Positions 1-10,368 of a stretch of DNA of 64,000 nucleotides are shown piece by piece. The position numbers and the translations under genes are program-made. A model generated the notes under the pieces. It worked only from the letters and a program-made list of their open reading frames with translations, searched no databases and was not told the origin of the DNA. The number at the start of each line of letters is the position of its first letter. Position 1 is the stretch's first letter. Origin of the DNA: Mytilus californianus (Eukaryota); NCBI RefSeq assembly GCF_021869535.1, contig NW_026262679.1:43958001-44022000 (forward strand), in the 5' to 3' direction.

Positions 1-640
1 TATAAAAGTCACCGAAATTTCAAATAATGAAATGTAAACAAATTATTACCAGAAAAACTAACGGCCTGATTTACGTACTAAACAATGAACGAAAAACAAA
101 TATGATATACAGCAACAAACGACAACCACTGAATTACAGACTCCCGGTGACTTGGGACAGGCACATACATAATTTGCTACCTTCTATAATATTTTTATTA
201 TACATTTTAGGAAGCTCCTGGAACTGTCTCGTCTGCCGCCTGCGTCGAAAGTCGGGAAGTCTAGAAATAGCGATTCTATATCTGAAATAGCCGTGTTGTC
301 GGCGTCATCAACATGCAGATTCAGTCTGTGGTTAAAGATTTCTAGACATTAATAAATCAATAATATTGTGTATTTGAGGTAACTTTGAAAACAATCTAGG
401 GTTGAAGTTTTTTAGACAACATAAACTTCTCACACATTTTCGTTTGTATGTTCCGTCTTTTCCTCATAAATGTTTTAGTATCTCCCGCGCATTATCATTA
501 CATTCGCGCTTAAAAATCATTACGTTTGCTCGCAGCTTTTGATTACATTTGCGCGCATTCAATTACAGGTAAATTACCTTTATTTATTTATTCAACTATT
601 TACAAGTAATCTCTTCCTTTAGTCGAAGTCCCCAGCTCAC

Positions 641-839
641 CAATGAGGAGGGAGAAGTGGGTTTCGAGCAGGATAAGTCCGTCAAATTATGCACAAACAC
701 TGAGTCCTGGAAATAAAGATAAAGATGTAAAAACAAGGCAAACCTTAAAGATAAAAGTACCAATTTTACATTTTTGTATACGAGCTGGTTTTTTGAAGCC
801 CACTGCTGTACGGAATTGAATAATGGCAACTTCTCCATT
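641..839 (-). CDS. Possible pair of small minus-strand exons (839-782 and 706-641) of an unidentified gene
   Basis: MEKLPLFNSVQQWASKNQL, a 75-bp pyrimidine-rich GT-AG intron, then DSVFVHNLTDLSCSKPTSPSSL and a GTGAG donor. No homology recognised. Confidence 0.25.
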
Positions 840-1169
840 CTGGTATATTCAAAATAGTTCCATCATATACTCTGTTTTCTCTTTCTTACTTCGACGTACA
901 ACTGCAGGTGTATCAATCCATCATAGTTCGGAAACAAAATGTTATTCAATCTGCAATATTCGCAATTAATTTACATGTATGCCTGAAGCGATTACGGCAT
1001 TTCTCACTTATTTTTTTTTTTTTTTTTTTGTAGATTTCAATGTGAAAAATATTTAATTCAAAGTGATAGATATGTTCAAAATTAATAACCATCGACATAG
1101 TTATTACGACTTATCTCGATATCTACCTGTATTACCAGTACAATGAATGCGCACAAATGTAAAAAAAAA

Positions 1170-2420
1170 AGCTGCGCTCTTGCGGACAAAGCTTCAAGCA
1201 ATAATGATTTGGTCTGTAAATCCTATTACTACGAGAGTGTTATGAAAGAATTGAGAATAAATTATCACTTGGGTAATCCCACGTACAAAAATATAACTTT
1301 TGATAAGGATGATATCTTGTAAAATCAAACGTCCTTCATGTTCGAATTAAATGTTCAATTGAGCAACTAATATGAGGACTTACCTTGTTTGTATTGGATA
1401 CCTAAACTTTCAAACTCTGCACAAACAACGGTACATTACCAGCTCATTTGCATGTTCTACCAAGAAATTGTCTGTTAGATTGACCAACATTTTGTCCGCA
1501 GTAAAAGAGGGATTACAGAAATACCGTGATACTGATTATTCGTGTAGTGGCATAAACTATAATAATGTTGATTCATAAGAACTCTAAAGAAACTCTGGAA
1601 AAATTCTAACCTCGGTCCTTCTCTGAAATAAATTTTATCAAAACCTTTGATTTTTCCACCATTTTCAACACAATGAAAAATTGAAAACCCGTCTAATAGA
1701 AATAATTCACAATGCTTTTCTAAATGAAAAGTGTACCATACGCTACACATTTATTGTGTTGGTATACAATTCGGCATTTATTGTTAAAACGTGCTACATC
1801 GAAAAACAAGTGATAATTTTTTTAGTTTCTCATTCACAACATATTTGTTGAATTTGGAGGTAGAATTATCCAGCAGACTGTCGGCATTCCTATAGGAACC
1901 TACTGTGCGCCGCCTCTCCTTGGTGGTATTTTCTTAATGAGTCGGAGTTACTTGTAAAAAACAAGAAGATCAAAGCAGCTAGATAATTTAATTTCACATA
2001 CAGGTATAATGATTAAGTTCTCTCCATTAACAGTCTAAACTTTTCTATTTGGGACTCATTTTAATTAATATATCGTCCTAAACTAGGTATTAAAGAAACC
2101 ACAGACACAGCTTTCTAATTTTTAGACATCTTACTCGAATTTGACTCCAGTGGTCAGTACCAGACTCTATGACAAACGAGACGATTTAGAAAATCCTCCC
2201 CCGTAGTAATAATAAACCAACTTCTGCCGCGCATGGAGTATACTTTTCTCAACTCATACGATATTCAAGAGTTTGCAGCTGCTAATTAGACTTTGTAAAA
2301 CGTCATCGGTGTCTAAGCAACAACAAAAAAACAAGGAGCCAGATTTTTGTCGAAGAACATCTCTTCCTTTTTCTGAAAAAGTTCATCGGAATGTACCCAC
2401 ACAGATTTATCTTCAATGTT
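1170..2420 (+). mobile_element. Degenerate Penelope-like reverse transcriptase copy
   Basis: Broken frames read DKASSNN..CKSYYYE, YWIPKL, KTFDFST, GIPIGTYCAP, FNFTYRYND (decayed YIDD), YDKRDD and HGVYFSQLIRYSRVC, with many stops and frameshifts. Confidence 0.75.
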
Positions 2421-3032
2421 AAAAATAAAATAAACCTTATAAAATTGTGTTAACAATCTTTGAATAAAACTTAACCATGTAGACATGGTAGGCATGTAGA
2501 CATGGTGGTGACTATCTAAATAGAATAATTTTTAAACATTCAGAGGCAAAGTTTACGCATTTGTTTTAATAAAAGTAATAGAACATTCGCCGGTACATAA
2601 GTTCCTCGTCCGTATTGAAATGATCCTCATATATAAATCGGTAAGCCCTTTCCTGGCTTTTTTCTAATTTTGTGGTACGTTTTAGCTTTGTGAGGCCATC
2701 CCAAATGACAACTTTGGACGTTAGATGATAAAAGGTGTGAAAAAGCCCATTTATTTGATTTTAAAACAAAGCAACAAATGCGCTTAAGAACATTCAGATG
2801 TTGACAAGCTTACCAACAAATTATATTCATGTAGTGATTAAATATATTAATTTGATAACGTATATCAATAATTAAAAGTTTGACATTCTCATATTACACT
2901 ATTTTAGCTGACTGAATATTAAAATCAGGCTTCTACTCAAATGTTTTACTTCCAAATGCAATGGCTTTTAATTCATTATGACTGCATGCTTGCATACAAT
3001 TTAATATAAACTAATCAATAAAAACATCTTAA

Positions 3033-3262
3033 GGTGCATTTACACGGTACGATTTTCCATCCGATTTCCATTCGATTTTACCTGTGCTCCTGCTTTCGAC
3101 TAAAATCGCACCCATGTGTACACTAAAATCGGATTTCGTTTTAAATTGGTTAATCGAATGGAAAATCGTATCGTATGAACAGAATGCAAATACGATTTAC
3201 CTGGGCGACGGTATCAAATCGGATTGAAAATTGGAAGGAAAATCGTATCGTGTAAACGCAGC
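3033..3262. mobile_element. MITE, PIF/Harbinger-like
   Basis: TIRs GGTGCATTTACACGGTACGATTTTCC and GGAAAATCGTATCGTGTAAACGCAGC, with TTAA on both flanks. Confidence 0.7.
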
Positions 3263-5658
3263 TTAATACTATTCGACATTAATGAGGACAATGTTGAGTT
3301 TTCTTGTTTAACAGTTATGAAATATTGTTTAATTTACAAACACCTCTTTGTAGAGGCAAACATTTGATATTCCTACCCTCTGACTTGCACATTTGTTTGG
3401 CACAACTTTTCGGAATTTTCGGTTATTGGTGCTCTTCAACTTCGTAATATTTTATTTGGCTTTGCAACTGTTTTGATTCGAGCGCCACTTATGAGTCTTG
3501 TGTAGACGAAACGCATGCCTGGTGGGCCAAATTATAAGCTCAGCATCTTTGATGTGTTTTTGCACCCAAACAAGGGAGACGGATTTATATAAGTTTTTCT
3601 TGTTTCCGAATCCCCATTTTTTTTATTGTATAATCGTAATTTGTGCACTTTTGAAAAATAAAATATTGTTTAAACTAAACACATAAACAAGTAGTGTGAA
3701 TCAATGGTTTATTTCTATGCCATCCTGTTGAAATGTAGGTAAAAAAATGTATTAAAATGTCGTGGCATAGGTTTATTGTAATGTAAACAGATTTGGTGTT
3801 AAAAATTCAGAAAATAATAGGAAGCTAAAAAATACGGACAGTTTAAACTTGTTCTTATTACAAATATGTTGTTTAATGTAGAAGTAAAAATGAATGTAAT
3901 TGTATGTGTAGCTGATCTCTCTTTTATTTTTTGTATCCTTAATGTAAAAAACAGTGGACAAACATGGATTTTTTTTATCACAAGGAATAATCACCCTTCC
4001 ATATATATTTGTTAGATATCATATAATTATAAAATGAAAGAATTGAATGAGAATGTCTGAGGTATTTCTTTAACGATCATGTTCACATAAAAATACTGAA
4101 TATGACCTGTACACATTTCAATCTGATATTAAGGCCAGACGAAATTAAGTATGCAAATACCATTGCATTCTATATTTTGTTATCATCGAGACCACAAATT
4201 TTACTAATAGAAATGACTTGCCTACCTTTAATTCAATTAAATTTCTGATGTACTATTTCGTTGTGTTTTATTTTATTTCATATTTAGTACAATAAATTTG
4301 TATTTTAATTCGATACGATTATTTACTAAATTATCAAAAATACTGACTGTATTAACCTGTAATCAATTGTTAATTGTTGTAACAACACCTAATGTATTTT
4401 GTTTGTTGGCACAGGTTGAATATTTTTTTAAATGTTGGCATAGGTTGAAGTAAATTCGATGACGTAATGTTTTCTGAAAATTGAGAAAATTCAATTTCAC
4501 TTTCTATTCTGAATAATATGAGATCTGGATAGCAACCCATGCATATATATATCAATTATAAATAATTTTATAATAAATATGCATCGATTTCATTCAAAAC
4601 GTTAAAGATTTTAAACAGGACGGAGATTGTACTTCCTAGGAAGGTAATTGCTACAGTATCAATTTTATTCAGACCAGCGAGCTCAGTACCTATGGTAGGA
4701 CTAACTGGTAAGAGTATTATTATTGTAATAAAGTATAGAAATAGATTTGTAAATATCTAATGGAAAGTATACAACATTTGATACAATGGGGACACCAAAA
4801 ATTCAAAATTGATTCAACGTTGCGTTTTTTTTAATAAAAAAAATTACTGTAACTTTCTGTTTTTAATAATATGTTATCTTGATTACCATTTTGTTAACTA
4901 AGGCACCCACCATTCATCTTAACAATTCTTTCGACTTTGATAACAAAAAAAAATCCCTTTTTTTTTCAATATCTTACAGGAACAAGATTTTTCTTTTTCG
5001 AAACTGATATACTAAATATATAAATGGACGCAACTGTTTCATTTCTGTCGAAAAAAGTGGTATAATAACGTACAGTACCATTACGTTAATACTCAAATTA
5101 TTTAATTTTGGATGTAACACGTCTTCTGATTGGCTGAAAGTTTTTTGTCTATCAGCTCATAGACATAATTTTGTCATGTGACGTCATCAACGTTTTTTCA
5201 TGATTTAGTCCTTAAAATGGAATTTAGAATTAAATTATAAAGAACGACTGTAATATTTTTTCTGTCTATTCTAAATAACATCAGAAATGTGGTGGACACT
5301 TTTAAATAACCAGCTACGCTAATATTTTGATGTTATTTCTTCATAGATATAAAAAAATATTACAGTCTTTCCTTAAATATCACAGCATGTGTACGGGCAA
5401 CTAATAAAGTTTGTAGATGGTGCAAATTTTTAGGTGAAAGTGACAGGGTCTTCAACAGTGTCGGTAGCAAAGGGGAAACATGCAAAATTATGTTGAAAGG
5501 ATATGTATAAGAATTTATATTGGTCCATTTTGGATGGTCAACATCACACTGACCTGATATTAGATAAGAGGCGAATACCATCTAGTACCCCCAAGAGCTT
5601 ACAATTCGAGATAATGTTGATTTTTTAATATGGGTATGCCAATGGATGGTAGAAAGTT

Positions 5659-6121
5659 GTATGATCGGACACAAAATATTGGAAGTAAAACAAATATATT
5701 CTTTGGATGTATTGTAGCCAAATTGACCTTAACAAAATAGTCAACTTGAGTTCCAACCTGAGAAGCACAGGCTAATGATACCATCGGGGATTAACAAGCC
5801 ACCAACACTCTCAGTGTTGCAACTTCCTAAGGCTAATTTGAGGTTCGACAACTTTAACTGTTATTTCTGGCCCTACTGGTTTATGCTTTCTGCAATTTAT
5901 ATTTCCTGATGAAGGACATTCTAGAAACACATGTACGCATGCAGACAATATTATTTTGTTTGTCTACCGAAGCTGATTGACTTATATGACTATATATCAT
6001 TCAGAATCCAGTGCTGCCTAAGGTTGGAACTCAAGTTGACTATTTCGTTAAGGTCAATTTGGCTTCAATACATCCAAAGAATATATTTGTTTTACTTCCA
6101 ATATTTTGGGTCCGATCATAC
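5659..6121. repeat. 101-bp inverted repeat with a 261-bp spacer
   Basis: 5659-5759 versus the reverse complement of 6021-6121: 3 mismatches by manual alignment. Confidence 0.92.
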
Positions 6122-6738
6122 ACGATGAAGAGTATTTCAGAAACACGCGTTGTAAGTACAGAATTATATTTGATTCAAAATATGAAGTCAGGTTATTGCT
6201 TAGATAAGTTGGTGCACAAAAAAATAAATTGATGATTTCAAATCAAAATTTTAGCAAGAAGTTTCACACTATGTGCAAATCATATCCGCACTTGTAATTA
6301 GACATTTACGTGAACTTCAAAATCGGAATATAAATATGAAAGTGCTTAAGTTTACAACATCAAAATGAAATATTCACCTGAAAAATAAATACAAGATTTT
6401 CCGCGAATATTAATTTATGGTTCTGTTATATTATTTAATCGTACTGCTTTAAACATTTTTCCTATACTAGAAGTTCTTTTTGAAATTAAGTTTTAAACAA
6501 TGTTATAATATATGTTCCTGCTGAATGAAATACATCTATATCCTTCATTCGTCAGAAACAAAACTTTAATACTTCTTTCAGTGAAAATAATACTCAAGAA
6601 CATTTCTTTTATTTGGAACTAATTTTATAAAGGAATGTTTGTTCCATGACAGTAAATAATTAAAGTTGTATACAGCTTTTAAAATAAAATTAATGTTAAA
6701 AGTTTTCATTATAAGTTTATAAACTTGTAGTGTATAAT

Positions 6739-6849
6739 TTACATGTCAAACATTGTGTATAAGTTACATGTCAAACATTGTGTCTATGTTACATGTCAAA
6801 CATTGTGTATAAGTTACATGTCAAACATTGTGTCTATGTTACATGTCAA
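6739..6849. repeat. 25-bp minisatellite, about 4.4 copies, alternating variants
   Basis: ttacatgtcaaacattgtgt(ataag/ctatg) starting at 6739, 6764, 6789, 6814 and 6839. Confidence 0.9.
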
Positions 6850-7624
6850 GTAATGTGTAAAACTATCTAAGTTAAACAATACAACAAGTGCATATAGTTT
6901 AGTTCGGAGGAGTATTATTACATTTATTGATATGAATAATAGGGTGATAACATCAAATGCTGTAACACTTTGGTGATCCTTCTTTATATTCGTTTGTTAG
7001 ACTTATGAATTCTTGTAATGACACTTCAACTAATAAGTTGTTAACTTCAATTCAGCTACTGTCTGCTTTAATGTCAAATCGTTGCACTGCATAAATCTGA
7101 TATAACAGATTAATCCTTCCATATAAATAAAACTAGTTCAGACGTCAATGAGTCAGTCAGCAACTTAACGTCATTATAGTTAAACCAAAGAGTTTGGCAT
7201 ATCGTCTTTAATGGTCTTTTGAATTTGCCTTGGATTTTGGTATTTTTGTTATACTTTTTTTTTTTATTAAAAACATCCCTCCCCCCCCCCCCCCCCCCCC
7301 AAAAAAAAAAAATAATTAATATATGTTGTAGCATACTGGTTGAGTAACATTGGTACTTCAAAATGACCATTGTTCACAACTATTACATTTAACTATGTGT
7401 TTTACTGATGAGTCTTATGTAGACGAAACGCGCATCTGGGTTACGAAATCATGAGCTTGGTATCTTTGGTGGGTCTTTACAACCACTAGGTCGAAGCCAC
7501 TACTGGTGGACGTTAAGTCCCCGAGGGTATCACAAGCACGTAGTCAGTTCTAATTGTGCTGGCATGAAATATCATTTGTATGTTCATATTCTGTAAATTT
7601 AGTGTTGCATGACGAAATATTTAA

Positions 7625-8275
7625 ATCATAATCTTGACTTACATCTAGAAATTGACAATGAGGGTCGGTTGAAAACAAAACTTTACGACAAAAGAGATGA
7701 TTTCAGCTTCCCAATTGTGAACTTTCCATTTCTATGTAGCAACATTCCAGCAGCGCCTGCATACGGAGTATATATCTCCCAATTGATACGATATTCCCGG
7801 GCTTGTATTTCCTATCATGATTTCCTTGATAGAGGATTGCTGCTCACAAGAAAGCTATTAAACCAAGAGTTCCAAATGGTGAAGTTGAAATCATCCCTTC
7901 GTAAATTTTACGGACGCCATCACGACTTGGTTGACCGTTATGGAATAACCGTTTCACAGATGATATCGGATATGTTCCTTATGTCGTAACTACAATACCC
8001 TTCCCTTTTCACGAATGTGACCTACCGGATTTGTAATAACATAAGCAACACGACGGGTGCCACATGTGGAGCAGATCTGCTTACCCTTCCGGAGCACCTG
8101 AGATCACCCCCAGTTTTTGGTGGGGTTCGTGTTGCTTAGTCTTTAGTTTTCTATGTTGTGTCATCTGTACTATTATTTGTCTATTTGTCTTTTTATTTTT
8201 GGCCATGGCGTTGTCAGTTTGTTTATCGATCTATGAGTTTGACTGTCCCTCTGGTATCTTTCGTCCCTCTTTTTT
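7625..8275 (+). mobile_element. 5'-truncated, well-preserved Penelope-like RT C-terminus plus non-coding 3' tail
   Basis: ORF 7609-7989 contains LDLHLEID..KLYDKRDDFSFPIVNFPFLCSNIPAAPAYGVYISQLIRYSRAC. The following tail recurs at about 29960-30100 and 58170-58500. Confidence 0.8.
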
Positions 8276-8892
8276 AAAGCACTAATGCTATTACTACCCA
8301 AGGTATAGATTGCATAATTAGTATTTGGCACAACTTTTCTTTTCGGAATTTGCTGTTATTGATGCTCTACAACATTGTATTTGATTTGGCTTTCCAACTT
8401 TTATGGTTCGTGCGCCACTGATGAGTCTTACGAAACGTGCGTCTAGCTAAATAATGAGCCTGGTAGCTTTGACGAGCTTTTTCCAATCTGTCTTTAAATG
8501 AGAATTACTTGTGTAAAAGGTATAAAGAAAAGTTTCATACAATTTTACCAGAAGGAAAATATAAAAGAATTTCTGTAGGGCATAATTAAAAAAATAACTC
8601 ATACGGAATCATTGATACCACATATTATCTGAAGAAAAAACGTGCATGTGAAATATATCTATAAAATAATAATGTTGTCCGAAGAAGTATCATGATTCTA
8701 TATTGAATTTATATTACACTATGGCAGTGTACGAAACTTTTTCTGTAGGAAGCAACCTACGACCAAACCCATTGACAAAATTATATATAATGCGTTTAAC
8801 AAGTGTACACATCACGTTTATCGAAATATTGCAATGTTTAATCAAAATAACTTTAATATCATTTTAGGTAATCAAATAGAAATATATTGACA

Positions 8893-10368
8893 ATGGCTTC
8901 AAATAGTCCAGGCAAACTTCAACCTGCAGATTTTATAGAGGATTTATACAAGACAAATAATGAGAGTGAAGAGCTATTAGAGATATTTGTAAAGAACATG
9001 AACGTGTTTAGCAGTTCGATTTACGACAAGAAACTGTCGGACGATTCTTTATCATTGCTTGTTCATCTAATGGCAAGGGTTTGTGCTTGTACAAGACAGA
9101 AAAAGAATAGCGAAATCTGTAAGCTTTTGAATATGCTGTCTAAATCGCCACTGATCAAATACCGAAGTATTCCACTACTTTTAGGGGAAACATGCAACAA
9201 CTCACGTGGTCATAATTTTCAATGTTTATTATCCGATTACTTAACAATACTTCAAGAAATTTACCTGAGGATACCTCGTTTGTCTACAACTCCACAAGTT
9301 AAGAGACTGGGGAAACTTTTGAAAGAGCAAATAAGCAAATGTGATGATTTAGAAGACAAAGGGATGATGATAGATATTGTGATTGAAACGCTGAATGAAA
9401 TTATGCAGATTGCTGAAGAAAGATCAAGGGCAAAACAAGACGCTGAAGATAAATTTGTTCCTCCAGATGATTTCCGAACTGTGTCAGTTATTCCTGGACA
9501 AAACGACATTCTAAACATTCCAAAGTTCCTAAGACGTAACAAAGTTTGCGGGAAATATTTGAATTTAGATCATTATTTAGATGTACAGTTTAGGTTGTAC
9601 AGGGAAGACTGTGTGTCACCTCTCAGAGATGCTCTTTTGGAATTCAAACAGATAGATAGAGAAAATCGGAAAGAAAATATCAGATTAGAACATGGTCTTA
9701 TGTACAAGAACGTAAAAGTAATAAAACAAATCATTTCTATAGACTCTGGTGAAGTATTTGAAATAAAACTGGACCCAGACCATCGTAAACGTATCAACTG
9801 GAGAAATGCAAAGAGACTTATATATGGTACTTTACTGCTTATTTCCTTTGATCGTTTTAATACGATTTTCTTTGCTGTTGTATCTGAAAGTGAAACGAAA
9901 ATTTTACAAAAGAAAGGTTGCTTTGCTGTACAGGTATTTAGATATGGAAACAATCTAAACCTACCAAGAAATACAGATGGTATAATTATAGAAGCAAATT
10001 CAGCGTATTTTGAAGCATACAAACATGTATTAAAAGTTTTGCAGCATATAAAAGAAGAAACGTTCCCCTTCACTCGATATCTTGTTCACTGTGAGAACGA
10101 GGTCCGTTTCCCATCGTACATTTCAAAAAATTATGTATATGATCTCAGACCTGTAATCAAAAATTGCCGGATAGATCTAGACAACACCTATCGTGGAACT
10201 CGTAGAAATACTATTCCAAAACAGACACCAATAAATAATGCAAAGTTGTCTGAAGAAGACTGGCCGTCCGCCGAGATGTTGAGAATGGACGAATCTCAGC
10301 GGAAAGCGTTTATTGCTGCACTTACAAAGGAATTTGTTCTCATACAAGGGCCACCAGGGACCGGTTAG
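8893..10368 (+). CDS. ZNFX1: ZNFX1-like N-terminal part (helical region and start of helicase), 491 aa, ending at TAG
   Basis: ZNFX1-type motifs PPDDFRTVSVIP, YLDVQFRLYREDCVSPLR, NWRNAKRLIYGTLLLIS, AYFEAYKHVLKVLQ, MDESQRKAFIAALTKEFVLIQGPPGTG. Confidence 0.85.
   Translation: MASNSPGKLQPADFIEDLYKTNNESEELLEIFVKNMNVFSSSIYDKKLSDDSLSLLVHLMARVCACTRQKKNSEICKLLNMLSKSPLIKYRSIPLLLGETCNNSRGHNFQCLLSDYLTILQEIYLRIPRLSTTPQVKRLGKLLKEQISKCDDLEDKGMMIDIVIETLNEIMQIAEERSRAKQDAEDKFVPPDDFRTVSVIPGQNDILNIPKFLRRNKVCGKYLNLDHYLDVQFRLYREDCVSPLRDALLEFKQIDRENRKENIRLEHGLMYKNVKVIKQIISIDSGEVFEIKLDPDHRKRINWRNAKRLIYGTLLLISFDRFNTIFFAVVSESETKILQKKGCFAVQVFRYGNNLNLPRNTDGIIIEANSAYFEAYKHVLKVLQHIKEETFPFTRYLVHCENEVRFPSYISKNYVYDLRPVIKNCRIDLDNTYRGTRRNTIPKQTPINNAKLSEEDWPSAEMLRMDESQRKAFIAALTKEFVLIQGPPGTG

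Noticed and set aside
4990-4999. ISRE-like GAAANNGAAA on the minus strand upstream of ZNFX1
   Set aside because: Expected by chance in AT-rich DNA, and the TSS is unknown.
8064-8285. Hydrophobic ORFs here and at 58088-58435
   Set aside because: They translate the non-coding tail of the Penelope-like repeat.
10366-10368. Pyrrolysine or selenocysteine recoding, or a frameshift, explaining the ZNFX1 break
   Set aside because: Both ORFs are in the same frame. Selenocysteine uses TGA, and pyrrolysine machinery is not known in animals.
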